Of a stretch of 64,000 bases of DNA, positions 1 to 13,130 are shown piece by piece. A program made the position numbers and the translations under genes. How positions within the stretch are numbered: the first letter of the stretch is position 1; each line of letters begins with the position of its first letter. A model generated the notes under the pieces. The model made no database searches and had not been told where the DNA came from. It was given only the letters and a program-made list of their open reading frames with translations. Source of the DNA: Macrostomum lignano (lineage: Eukaryota); NCBI GenBank assembly GCA_002269645.1, contig NIVC01000423.1, positions 124,357 through 188,356 on the forward strand, read 5' to 3'.

Positions 1-71
1 AGTCACTTCGTATAAACTTCTAATTTCGTTGTGTACATATACTCGTACTATACTCGTAATATACTCGTACT

Positions 72-243
72 GAGGGTCATGGGGATCATGAGGGTCATGG
101 GGATCATGAGGGTCATGGGGATCATGAGGGTCATGGGGATCATGAGGGTCATGGGGATCATGAGGGTCATGGGGATCATGAGGGTCATGGGGATCATGAG
201 GGTCATGGGGATCATGAGGGTCATGGGGATCATGAGGGTCATC
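72..243. repeat. 18-bp minisatellite (GAGGGTCATGGGGATCAT)n
   Basis: Direct tandem units; explains the RVMGIM-repeat ORFs. Confidence 0.97.
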
Positions 244-590
244 AAGCCGTGATGAAGGTCATAGAGGTCATGGGATGGTTGTCATCCGGTCATGGGAATC
301 ATGAGATTCATCAAGCCGTGATGAAGGTCATAGAGGTCATGGGATGGTTGTCATCCGGTCATGGGAATCATGAGATTCATCAAGCCGTGATGAATGTCAT
401 AGAGGTCATGGGATGGTTGTCATCCGGTCATGGGAATCATGAGATTCATCAAGCCGTGATGAAGGTCATAGAGGTCATGGGATGGTTGTCATCCGGTCAT
501 GGGAATCATGAGATTCATCAAGCCGTGATGAAGGTCATGCAGGTCATAGGGGTCATGGGATGGTTGTCATCCGGTCATTGGGGATCATGA
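244..590. repeat. 69-bp tandem repeat, about 4.5-5 copies
   Basis: GTGATGAAGGTCATAGAGG recurs at 250, 319, 388 (variant), 457, 526; 23-aa periodic ORF. Confidence 0.95.
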
Positions 591-1364
591 GAGTCATAGG
601 GGTTGTGGGAGTCATGGGGTCATATGAATTGTTACGGGAGTCATGGCTTCCCAGACGGCATGATGACTATTAAAAATTGAATTCTTACTTTTACTTAGTA
701 AGAATCACGAATATGATGGTACGTACAAGTATATGTAACTTAAAAAACTAAAAAACACTGGCAAAAAGTTGGACCGCGATGCCTGGCTATGTTACAGAGA
801 CGCGTCGCTGACTAACAGGTGACAGAATAGAAGTTGAAAAGCAATACTGGCTGTTTGTCATTTCCAGATCTCTATAATCCCTGATCCCTGCAGTTCCTCC
901 AATGAGCAAGCAGCAGTCGCAGCTTCCGATCACCAGCCTCCCCATTAGCTGGAAAACAAATTTCCTCAAACCCTTCTTGAAAATGCCACTCCATTATTGG
1001 GGTCGCGGGATTTGCTCCCCTAAAAACGTCTTCTAAGTCAATTCCTCACCCTTCTGCGCTCCGCCCCCGGTTGGCGCCCAATCCCGGATAGCCTCCTCAC
1101 CGCCATTCTCCCCCAATCCGGTGGGAGATCCCCGCCTCCCCTCCTTTTCCTTCCTCATCCCCCTTCTGGGGATTTTTTAAGAGCCCCCGCTCCGCCTCCG
1201 AAATCCTGCTAGCAGCAACAAAAATCTCCCGATTGTCTCTGCGAATCGCTAATCGACTTGTTTTGCTTCGGAGAACTGCAAGTGGCTTCCAGTTTGTCTG
1301 CCGTCTGTCAAGCGGTGAGTGAATTGGTTTAAGGGTTGAGCAAGTCTGCCTTTACTGCTCCTGT

Positions 1365-2075
<711 letters not shown>

Positions 2076-3003
2076 TCTGCCTGTATATCTCATCTCTGTC
2101 ATTAGCTCCTTCATGTATTCAACCAGCCGGAAGCCCTCTCAGTACCCAATATTAAGAAGTATGTTGCTGCTAGGACAACCTGGTCCCGACTTGCGAGAAA
2201 GCCATCCATGGATTACTAAAAACTTGTCCATTCGCATTCATAGTAAAGGTTTTGGCCCCACTGAATTTTACGATTTACATTTATCAAACAGCACCGGTAT
2301 AAATAAAGAGACACTTTTAAAGCTTATATTATTGATGGCAACTTCGGCGGCCGCTCCCAGTTCCCATGGAAAAATTGACATTAAGAGGACCCTCTTTCCC
2401 GCAAAGGTTTTCCTCCCCCGGTTTTGATTGCTCCATCTTCCTCAACAGACTAGAATACTACTATAAGACTTTAACCTGCAGATCGCCTGATAAATTAGGA
2501 TCAATTCTGTGCGGCTGGCCTCTGTGAAGCCCGAAGTGTCTTCTTCTAGGGGAAAGAGAAAATAGAGGAAATTCTGCAGTTCCTATGGGGGCGCCTTTCT
2601 CTTTTGAATCATACCGCCAGAGAGGCTTTGAAGTGTGTTTACCCATGCCTACCTATATAGATAGCCACGCCACCTTTATATGGAATTCCATCTTTAACTT
2701 TCACTTGTCTCGCCTATTTTTTGCGAACCTGTGCCACACGAAACTGAAATTTTTGAGGCAAGTTAATTGCTGCTGGTTTGCGCGCGGCAAGTTCAAACTA
2801 ATAAGGAGATGGATGGAGCAACTGGGGCGGAGGTTAGGGAGTGGCGCAGGTGCGCTACTGAACACCTGTTGCACACTGGCTTAGTTTAGAGTTTGAGTTG
2901 GTCAAATTTAATCTTTTTCTATAGAGTTGACACAATAATGCACTGCAGTTTTCTGTAGTTTATGGTGCTATCTACACTATATATAGAATCCTCTGTGCTC
3001 GTA

Positions 3004-3072
3004 TGACGTCATCTATATTAGCATCCTCTGTATGACGTCATCTATATAAATAGAATCCTCTGTATGACGTCA
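3004..3072. promoter_or_regulatory. Three perfect CRE palindromes (TGACGTCA) in a short degenerate repeat upstream of prospero
   Basis: TGACGTCA at 3004-3011, 3033-3040 and 3065-3072; function not shown. Confidence 0.4.
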
Positions 3073-4238
3073 TCTATATGTACAGAATCATCTGCATGAC
3101 TCCTCGAAATTATAAGATAACCTTCCTCAGGACGCCTTCCTACGGATGGGATTATTGAAAAACGGCAAAAAATGGTGTCCACAAAACTGGGTCACGTGAC
3201 ACTAGGCGACTTTCTCTTGCCAGCTCCCCGAGTTCTCAGACTATCCATATGCTAATTAGTGTTTTTTCGATCTTTTTTGGCTCACTTTTATGCGAGAATA
3301 TTGAATGCAGAATGGATGTTAAGAGTTGAATAAGCTGACCTAGAAGGTGGAAAGGACCCCCGTTTTTATGCTGAGTCTTGTTCGAGCAACCAGTGGCTTG
3401 TCTTGTCTTTCTGGGCCATTTATAGACTCTCGAAGATGCCTCACAGTGTTGATGCTGTGAGCGCGGCTCTTTCTTAAATGCAAATAGTTGAGACTATTGG
3501 TGTAAGCTGTAACTGAACTGAGTAGTTTCAAAATTCAATTCAAATCGCCATTTATATGGATTCTTTTGGCCTTTGTTAAACTGTTCACTAACTCGGCCAT
3601 GCATGCGGCCCCGCTCAAGGTTTGTGTGTCTTCTTTTTTTCTTTTTTCTTCTCTCTCTTGTCTCACAGCTTTTCTCCTCTCTCCCCTCCTCTCACCTCTT
3701 ATCTCTCATCTCCCCTCTCTCTACTTTCTCCCCTCCTTTGTCCTCTCATCTCTCATCTTCACCCTCTCCTCTCTCCCTCTCTCCTCTCTCTTCTCCTCTC
3801 CTCTGGCCCGCGACCATGCGCTAGACTGTTCACCGACCCAGTCTACCCAGTCTCTCGTTCTGGGCGTCCTTGTCCTCTGCGGGAGCAACAGACCGAACCG
3901 AACTGCACAACCTGACTAACCAACTAAATGGCCGAGTGATAAGAAGCAGCATTGATAGATAAACTGATTCGCAGGAAGCCACCAGCAGAAAAATCCATAG
4001 CCCGGAAGTGAATTCGAATCTTAAATATTAGATAAAGATCTATTCTAAAAAACAGGCAATGGATCCGATACACAAACTTGTAGCAATAATTTTTTATCCA
4101 TCTTTCAAGAAATTTAAGCAAACCGGAAGTCAACAATTTTCGTGAAGTTTGTATTCAAAACTAGAATTTACTATATGAGATTAATGACTCAAGTTGGAGA
4201 TTTGAAAATTGAGCCTTAAACCCGTCATCATCCAGACC

Positions 4239-5693
4239 ATGAGCGCTCTCGCTGCCATGCCGGCTGTCGAAAGCAAATCCTCCGACGCCACCACCGTCGT
4301 CAACAACACGGCCTCTGACGTCACTCCGGCAGCCGCGCCGCCAGCTTCCGACGAATCTGCTACCGGAACTGCTGCCAACCGGAAGCTGGCCGACTACTAC
4401 GTGCGCAGCATCCTGAAGCCGGTTCAAAACGACCGCGAACTCGACGAATTGGATGAAATTGACGACGAATGCGAAGTCGGCATCGGCGGTGTCATCGACG
4501 CAGACGACGCCGACGTCGCTGCCGCCGCATTCGACGGAGTTGTCGAGGATGACGACGAAGTTGACGACAATGACGTCGGCGAGGAAGAGTTCGCGATGGA
4601 GGACAGGGAAGCTGGAGCGGCACCAGCGGAGCCAGAAGAGTTCGACGACACACGCGCCGAACTGTGCCGTCGACGTCGGAAACGGAAGCAGAGCACGCCG
4701 CAGCCGCTGACTGCCGACTCCGATGAAGACGACGTCGAAGATCAAGAAGAAGACCCCGACGAAGATGCTGACTTGGACGCTGAGATTCCGCAGGCTGACA
4801 GCACCGAAGCCGAGCAGCAGCAGCTTCCGGAAGAAGATTCAATAGAGGTGCGCGCTGAAATCCGTCGAGTTCGGGCTGAGCTCAGCGCGATGCAGACTCA
4901 CTACGCCAGACTCATGGATAGCAGCGCTTCATCGGCAGCTGGCGCCGAGGCTGAGACCAGCAAACCCGACAGCTGCAGCAGCAACAGCAACAACAATAAC
5001 AATAAAGACAAAGATGAAGGCCAATCAAACCAGACGGCACAGCCTCCAACCACTTTGCCGCTGCCTCTGCCGCCATTCCTGACGGAGCCGCAGCTGCGCA
5101 GCCTCGCCGACGCCTTGAAGAAGCAGATGAGCGACGATGTCGGGCGCATGGTGGACTCGCTGGTTGGCAAAATTCGCGATGGCGTGAAAACTCAAATGCG
5201 GCTGGCAGCAGCCGCTCGAGCTGCTCACGACCAGCATTTCCTACAGCAGCAGCAGCAGCGGCCGCCGTTCGGTCTCTATTCCTTCCCAATGCTGCCTGAA
5301 GGCTTCCCGAAACCGCCACCGATGCCCCAGCATCCGCATTCCCAGCATCATCAGTTTTGCGGCGATTTCGGACGCAGGCTTCTGTTCGACGAGCACTGGA
5401 GGCCGCCGCCTCCGCCTCTGCCTGCGCATCCGCTGCCTCCCCAGTCGACTTCGCAGCAGACGTCGCAGATGCCGCCTCCGCCCCTGCCGTTGCCCTCGTC
5501 GGCGGTCTCCAGAGGTCCAGGACACTTCCTGCCGCCGCCTCCGCCGCACCTGCCCTTTCACCCGCCGCCGCCACCGCCGCCCCCGCCGCCGCCGCATTAT
5601 TCAGCAGCGGCTGCACTGTTTCAGCACCATCAGCATGAGGCTCGAAAGAAGGAGCAGCAGCAGCAGCAGCATCACAGTCTGCATCAGATGCAT

Positions 5694-5734
<41 letters not shown>

Positions 5735-5828
5735 GCATGCGGGTGTTGGCGGCGGCAACCGGCAGATGCACACGCATGGCAACGAGCTGGCGATGCCGAT
5801 CGGACCGCCGAAAAAGAAGAGAACAAAG
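4239..5828 (+). CDS. pros: Prospero/PROX1 homeobox protein, coding exon 1
   Basis: First ATG at 4239. LADALKKQMSDDVGRMVDSLV resembles the PROX1 LAETLKQELNTAMSQVVDTVV helix. The exon ends PKKKRTK with a GT donor at 5829, and exon 2 continues VTDTR, rebuilding the Prospero KKKRxKVTDTR motif. Confidence 0.9.
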
Positions 5829-5868
5829 GTGATTGGGGCTGAATTGCCGACAGTGCACCGGTAGACGG

Positions 5869-7322
5869 ATAGTAGAAATCTATCAATCTACCAGGGAAAT
5901 CAATCAATCTACGGTTGAACTACGGTAGAAATCTATCAATCTACAGCAGAAATTCATCAATCTACAGTAGAAATCCATCAATCTACAGTAGAAATTCATC
6001 AATCTACAGTAGAAATCTATCAATCTACAGTAGAAATCCATCAATCTACAGTAGAAATTCATCAATCTACAGTAGAAATCTATCAATCTACAGTAGAAAT
6101 CCATCAATCTACAGTAGAAATTCATCAATCTACAGTAGAAATCTATCAATCTACGGTAGAAATTCATCAATCTACAGTAGAAATCCAACACACTACAGTA
6201 GAAATCTATCAATCTACAGTAGATATCCATCAATCTACAGCAGAAATTCATCAATCTACAGTAGAAATTCATCAATCTACAGTAGAAATTCATCAATCTA
6301 CAGTAGAAATCCATCAATCTACAGTAGAAATCCATCAATCTACAGTAGAAATTCATCAATCTACAGTAGAAATCTATCAATCTACAGTAGAAATCTATCA
6401 ATCTACGGTAGAAATCTATCAACCTACAGTAGAAATCCATCCATCTACGGTAGAAATCCATCAATCTACGGTAGAAATCTATCAACCTACAGTAGAAACC
6501 CATCAATCTACAGCAGAAATTCATCAATCTACAGTAGAAATCCATCAATCTACAGTAGAAATTCATCAATCTACAGTAGAAATCTATCAATCTACAGTAG
6601 AAATTCATCAATCTACAGTAGAAATCTATCAATATACAGTAGAAATCCATCAATCTACAGTAGAAATTCATCAATCTACAGTAGAAATCTATCAATCTAC
6701 GGTAGAAATCCATCAATCTACAGTAGAAATTCATCAATCTACAGTAGAAATCCATCAATCTACAGTAGAAATTCATCAATCTACAGTAGAAATCCAACAC
6801 ACTACAGTAGAAATCTATCAATCTACAGTAGATATCCATCAATCTACGGTAGAAATCTATCAATCTACGGTAGAAATCTATCAATCTACAGTAGAAATCT
6901 ATCAATCTACAGCAGAAATCTATCAATCTACAGCAGAAATTCATCAATCTACAGTAGATATCCATCAATCTACAGTAGAAATCTATCAATCTACAGCAGA
7001 AATTCATCAATCTACAGTAGAAATCTATCAATCTACAGTAGAAATCTATCAATCTACAGTAGAAATCCATCAATCTACAGTAGAAATCTATCAATCTACG
7101 GTAGAAATCTATCAATCTACGGTAGAAATCTATCAATCTACGGTAGAAATCTATCAATCTACGGTAGAAATCTATCAATCTACGGTAGAAATCTATCAAT
7201 CTACAGTAGATATCCATCAATCTACAGTAGAAATCTATCAATCTACGGTAGAAATCTATCAATCTACAGTAGATATCCATCAATCTACAGTAGAAATCCA
7301 TCAATCTACGGTAGAAATCTAT
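5869..7322. repeat. 21-bp minisatellite (CAATCTACAGTAGAAATCTAT)n filling prospero intron 5829-7353
   Basis: Direct tandem units; the 486- and 545-aa ORFs are 7-aa periodic artefacts. Confidence 0.97.
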
Positions 7323-7353
7323 CTGCCCCCCTGTCCCGGCTGCCCAACCCCAG

Positions 7354-7812
7354 GTCACGGACACCCGTTTGTCCCCAGCACGCTCTGCTGTTGCCGCTGC
7401 CGCCGCAGCCGCCGCCAGTCGACATCACGCCGCCGCTGCTGCCCTCATGGGCGTTGAGGGACCGCCGCAACTGCCGCCGACTTCTTCAGCGACCTCCTCT
7501 TCCTCATCCTGCTCGGTCGTCGGCTTCCCGCCTTTTTTCTGCCCGGCGGTGAGTCACCCCGCCGCCGCAGCCGCCGCCGCCTCCGCTGCTGCAGCCGCCG
7601 CCGCGGGCTTTCCGCACTCGCAGCCGTTCGCCAACATCAACGGACGAGCTTCGGCAGCTGCTGCCGAAGTCAGCCGCTCACCTCGCGGCGCTTCCAGAGG
7701 CGGCGGGGGCGGCAGCGTCGGAGTCGTCAGAGTGGCGAGTCCCGAATCTTCCGTGAGCGGCGTTGCCAATGGCAACGAGATAACGGCGTCAGCGTACGAC
7801 GGAATTTCGCAG
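7354..7812 (+). CDS. pros: Prospero coding exon 2 (Ala/Ser-rich)
   Basis: Acceptor CAG 7351-7353; reads VTDTRLSPAR...DGISQ; phase-0 GT donor at 7813. Confidence 0.88.
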
Positions 7813-7827
7813 GTCTGAATTTTTTTA

Positions 7828-8087
7828 ATCAAGTCTATCAATCATAAAAATCAAGACTATCAATCGTAGAAATCAAGTCTATCAATCATAGAAATCAAAT
7901 CTATCAGTCATAGAAATCAAATCTATCAATCATAGAAATCAAATCTATCAGTCATAGAAATCAAATCTATCAGTCATAGAAATCAAATCTATCAGTCATA
8001 GAAATCAAATCTATCAATCATAGAAATCAAATCCATCAATCACAGAAATCAAGTCTATCAATAATCGAAATCAAGTCTATCAATCAA
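7828..8087. repeat. 22-bp minisatellite (TAGAAATCAAATCTATCAGTCA)n
   Basis: Tandem units starting just after the exon 2 donor. Confidence 0.9.
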
Positions 8088-9319
8088 CTTAATTTTAAAA
8101 GATCTTGTCAAAAGCCATCAATTCACTTTTTCGTAAACAACATTCTCAATTGCAATTTGACTTGACGACAACAAACAAAGCGTTGAGCTAAGCTTAAAAA
8201 ATCAATTTTCACAATCGGGATTCAATGCAGGAGAGCTCATTCACTCAAGTTTCATTACTCATTGCTATTTAAGGATCCTAACAAAGAATTTTACTTTCTG
8301 CATCTCTGCAGAAGCAACAGAGGCATTTTGTCTTCAACTCTTGCTTCTGGCGGATTAACGACTTTTTTAGATTTAATTTTTTTATTAATCCTACTCTCAG
8401 TTTTAATTTCCTCATTGCTGCAGAAGCAGTTCGCAAAGACAAGAGGGGAAGCTCAGTGCTTTTTTTAGCCTTCTGCTCTGCTGCTTTTCGAGACTGACTG
8501 CCTCCCTCCATCCGCGTTTATTGATGCCGCAGATTTTTTCACTTCTCCCATTTCTGGGATGATCGGGCAAGGCTCGCCCCCTCGGGTTTGCCTGCTTTTT
8601 TCTTTAGGGTCGCCCCGCTTTTCTTCAGCCATTCTTTGCAGTTGCGAAGCGTGGCGTCTGCGGATTCACCTTTTTTTCGTTGGAACTGGAGTCGCTCGGT
8701 CTGGCTCTCCGTCTGAGCTGCTTCCGTCTCACCTGCTTTTGTTCCTCCCCTATAGATCTGCTTACGGATCCCTCTGTCTACCCCACTTCACTCTCTCCCT
8801 CTCTTCTCCTACTCAATCCCTCCACCTCTCCCTTGTCACTCTCTACTTTCCTCTCTATCCTCTCCCTTCTCACTCTATCACTCTCTCTACACTACTCCCT
8901 CTGTAGTTCATCCAAGTTTCTTTAGATTATAACAAAATTAACTATGACTGTGCAGTATAAAAGATTCCTCACACTTTTTACAATCAAATTCAATGTACGG
9001 ACCTGTGCGAACCTGCATGTCCTACAATTTCGTTGAGCAAAATTTTTACAGGTAAAAAAATGTTTTTTTCAGTCTGAGGTGCCCATCAACCTATTCTAAC
9101 TAGCCTTCTAACTAGGATAGGAGATCGCATGAAGCTGTGCACACAACTGCTGCCTTACCTGCTTATCAACTTGAGCTTCTGAGGCACTTGCTAAGCAAGA
9201 TTTCCTCGGTCTCTTTCGGCTTTGTCCACTCTCACTTTTTGAATCGTGTGTGTTATTGCTTGATCTAACCTGTGTAGTCGCCTCACTTGGACTCAAGATA
9301 AGCTGAGCACACAAGAGTC

Positions 9320-9320
<1 letters not shown>

Positions 9321-9395
<75 letters not shown>

Positions 9396-9522
9396 TGATT
9401 TTGCTATGCGAGCAGAAAACTACCTTGAGATGAAATTATTCTCGGAAAAAGAGGCCTGAAAAAACACTGGTGGAACTTGCGCGCTGTGTTTGTTCCAAAG
9501 GGCGCCTGTTTCTCGTGTCTGC

Positions 9523-9566
<44 letters not shown>
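9321..9566. repeat. (CT)n 9321-9391 and (GT)n ~9525-9566 microsatellites
   Basis: Direct reading. Confidence 0.95.
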
Positions 9567-9567
<1 letters not shown>

Positions 9568-10060
9568 CTTCTGCCCGCCTGTTTCTGTCTTTTTGACTCA
9601 AAACGATCTGGCCAAAAGTCGGTCCGGGCTTTTTTTCTCGAGACAACAATCTCTGAAATCGAAATTGAAGTCAGCTCGTACCCTCCTGCCTTGCTCAGGG
9701 ACCTTCGCTTTTTCTGCTTTTGGGATTTTTTTAAAGTCGGCTGATCAAATTTGAAGTTTGTGCACTGCATAGTCTGGTGCGGGGGGGGGGGTTAGCGCTG
9801 AATTCCAGTTCGAAGCCTTTGAATTGATTTGATTCTTGCCTTGTTGACATTGACAGCCCCGAGAATGTCTGTTTTAAACAATTGTGAGTTTATGCAAAGA
9901 ATGAAGAAATAGAGGGCAAGGACTGGTGGTGCTTCGTTGGTCAGGCTAAATTCGGCCTGAAAAAACCATTGAAACAACTTTTGTGAGGCCGACTTTACGA
10001 TTTAAGAGTTCGTGGTTACCATCGAAAGACCAATTTTAGGCGGTATGAGAGCCGTGTACT

Positions 10061-11160
10061 GTAGGACCTCTCAGAGACATGCTGTAGGACCTCCCAGAGA
10101 CATGCTGTAGGACCTCTCAGAGACATGCTGTATAGGACCTCCCAGAGACATGCTGTAGGACCTCTCAGAGACATGCTGTAGGACCTCTCAGAGACATGCT
10201 GTATAGGACCTCCCTGAGACATGCTGTATAGGACCTCCGTGAGACATGCTGTAGGACCTCTCAGAGACATGCTGTAGGACCTCCCAGAGACATGCTGTAT
10301 AGGACCTCTCAGAGACATGCTGTATAGGACCTCTCAGAGACATGCTGTATAGGACCTCTCAGAGACATGCTGTATAGGACCTCTCAGAGACATGCTGTAG
10401 GACCTCTCAGAGACATGCTGTATAGGACCTCTCAGAGACATGCTGTAGGACCTCTCAGAGACATGCTGTAGGACCTCTCAGAGACATGCTGTAGGACCTC
10501 TCAGAGACATGCTGTATAGGACCTCCGTGAGACATGCTGTAGGACCTCTCAGAGACATGCTGTAGGACCTCTCAGAGACATGCTGTAGGACCTCTCAGAG
10601 ACATGCTGTAGGACCTCTCAGAGACATGCTGTAGGACCTCTCAGAGACATGCTGTATAGGACCTCTCAGAGACATGCTGTAGGACCTCTCAGAGACATGC
10701 TGTAGGACCTCTCAGAGACATGCTGTAGGACCTCTCAGAGACATGCTGTAGGACCTCTCAGAGACATGCTGTAGGACCTCTCAGAGACATGCTGTATAGG
10801 ACCTCTCAGAGACATGCTGTAGGACCTCTCAGAGACATGCTGTAGGACCTCTCAGAGACATGCTGTATAGGACCTCTCAGAGACATGCTGTATAGGACCT
10901 CTCAGAGACATGCTGTAGGACCTCTCAGAGACATGCTGTAGGACCTCTCAGAGACATGCTGTAGGACCTCTCAGAGACATGCTGTATAGGACCTCTCAGA
11001 GACATGCTGTATAGGACCTCTCAGAGACATGCTGTAGGACCTCTCAGAGACATGCTGTAGGACCTCTCAGAGACATGCTGTAGGACCTCTCAGAGACATG
11101 CTGTATAGGACCTCTCAGAGACATGCTGTATAGGACCTCTCAGAGACATGCTGTAGGACC
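10061..11160. repeat. 23/25-bp minisatellite (GGACCTCTCAGAGACATGCTGTA[TA])n
   Basis: Tandem units with a 2-bp length variant. Confidence 0.97.
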
Positions 11161-12406
11161 TACTCTACTCTACTCTATTAGAGAAAGCTGCGAAGTTAAC
11201 TAGAATTCTTATACAAAAAGTCAAAGAATGAAAAGTCTGAAAACGGCACAGCGGATCAACTAATACCTGCTGGCTTCCATCAAACACCGGAAGTCAAAGT
11301 GAAATACCGAAGAATAGAGAAAAACTGCGATACAGTTTACAGACCCAGCTACAATATTGGTTCAACAGAATACACAAGACGCAAAAGACCTGAATGCATC
11401 CTACCTATCTGATAACTTGCCGGGCACATCCTGCTTTCTCTAACAAAATCTAAAGGCATGAAACTGACGATTAGAATGATGGAGGAAACTGGAAATGGAA
11501 GGCAATGCTAAACTAACGCAGATGGTGGGTCCGGGAGTGGGATGAGGTGTTGAAATCCGATCTCACCATCGTCTTCTCCTTTTACTCGGGGATCGGGCGC
11601 GTCGGGGAGAGGTTGAGAAATCCTGAGCAGGATACGACACTTTTTGTGAGTCTCGCTATTATGGATAAAGCCAAGGAGGCCTGACACCACAGCCTGACAA
11701 CTCATCGTCCCATTTTCAAGCCATGTTGAGACAACTTCAGTCAGTACAGTCTTCATAGCAAGCCCCCAGTCGAAACAATAATCAAAAACCAAACCAGGTT
11801 CTGTTTGCTGGCCACCATGGCTTGGCCTAGGAGTTCCTATTGGCCGTAGATAAAAAACTGAGCTCCAAGCCTCTATAATAAGCCTTGTTTTCTGGGAAGA
11901 AATTTTTTTCTGAAAGCTAAATTCACCGCGGATGCCTTTCTCGCTATTTTTTATTGCTGACTTCTTTTGTGTCCGGGAACAGCGCGGGTCTCTCTTTGTG
12001 GATTCCAGATCGCCCGGACACAATTTCCTTCTTATCGGATTTCCTAAGATGTCGCAGCGGCTTGCAATTAAGCATTGAACAGACGTGCAGCCGAGGCGAA
12101 GAATTCAGGTTGTGGGCTTGGGTCGGATCTCTAATGGAACGGCTAATGCTCAAGTACACCCGATGGCGCGAGAGTGAATGCTTGCATAGTTGCATTTCTT
12201 TTGTGCATGGGAAGGGGCAGTATGACTGGTCTTCGACTCCCAACGGCTCCTGGAATCTTGAAAGATTTTTTTTCAATTCAGTGAGATAAAAATGCCATTT
12301 TTGTCTGATTAGTGCGGCCTACGATCGTCGCTTCTATTTGATTCCAAAGTGTTCCATTTTTCATCGGAATTGCCATTTCGATTTCTACGGAGTGTCAACT
12401 CGATGT

Positions 12407-13130
12407 TTGAAGAAAGTGTGCCATTTCAATGTCTGATGAAGTGCCATTTCGATGTCTGATGAAGTGCCGTTTTGATGTCTGATGAAGTGCCGTTTTGATG
12501 TCTGATGAAGTGCCGTTTTGATGTCTGATGAAGTGCCATTTCAATGTCTGATGAAGTGCCATTTCGATGTCTGATGAAGTGCCGTTTTGATGTCTGATGA
12601 AGTGCCATTTTGATGCCTGATGAAGTGTCATTTCGATGTCTGATGAAGTGCCATTTCAATGTCTGATGAAGTGCCATTTCGATGTCTGATGAAGTGCCAT
12701 TTCGATGTCTGATGAAGTGCCATTTTGATGCCTGATGAAGTGCCATTTCAATGTCTGATGAAGTGTCATTTCGATGTCTGATGAAGTGCCATTTCAATGT
12801 CTGATGAAGTGCCATTTCGATGTCTGATCAAGTGCCATTTCGATGTCTGATGAAGTGCTATTTCGATGTTTGATGAAGTGCCATTTCGATGTCTGAGGAA
12901 GTGCCATTTTAATGTCTGATGAAGTGCCATTTCAATGTCTGATGAAGTGCCATTTTGATGTCTGATGAAGTGCCATTTCAATGTCTGATGAAGTGCCATT
13001 TTGATGTCTGATGAAGTGCCATTTCGATGTCTGATGAAAGGCCATTTCAATGTCTGATGAAGTGCCATTTCAATGTCTGATGAAGTGCCATTTCGATTTC
13101 TGATGAAGTGCCATTTCGATGTCTAAGGAA
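12407..13130. repeat. 23-bp minisatellite (GATGTCTGATGAAGTGCCATTTC)n
   Basis: Tandem units; 23-aa periodic ORFs. Confidence 0.97.

Noticed and set aside
4161-5907. Overlapping ORFs on both strands of prospero exon 1
   Set aside because: Low-complexity GC-rich shadows of the Pro/Gln/His/Asp-rich exon.
5869-7552. Long periodic ORFs (545 and 486 aa) and similar ORFs at 39-40.6, 51-52, 52.7-53.6, 56 and 58.4-59.2 kb
   Set aside because: These are stop-free translations of minisatellites, mostly lying inside well-supported introns.
10061-13130. 23-28-bp repeat arrays as CRISPR arrays
   Set aside because: The units are head-to-tail with no unique spacers, there are no cas genes, and the context is eukaryotic.
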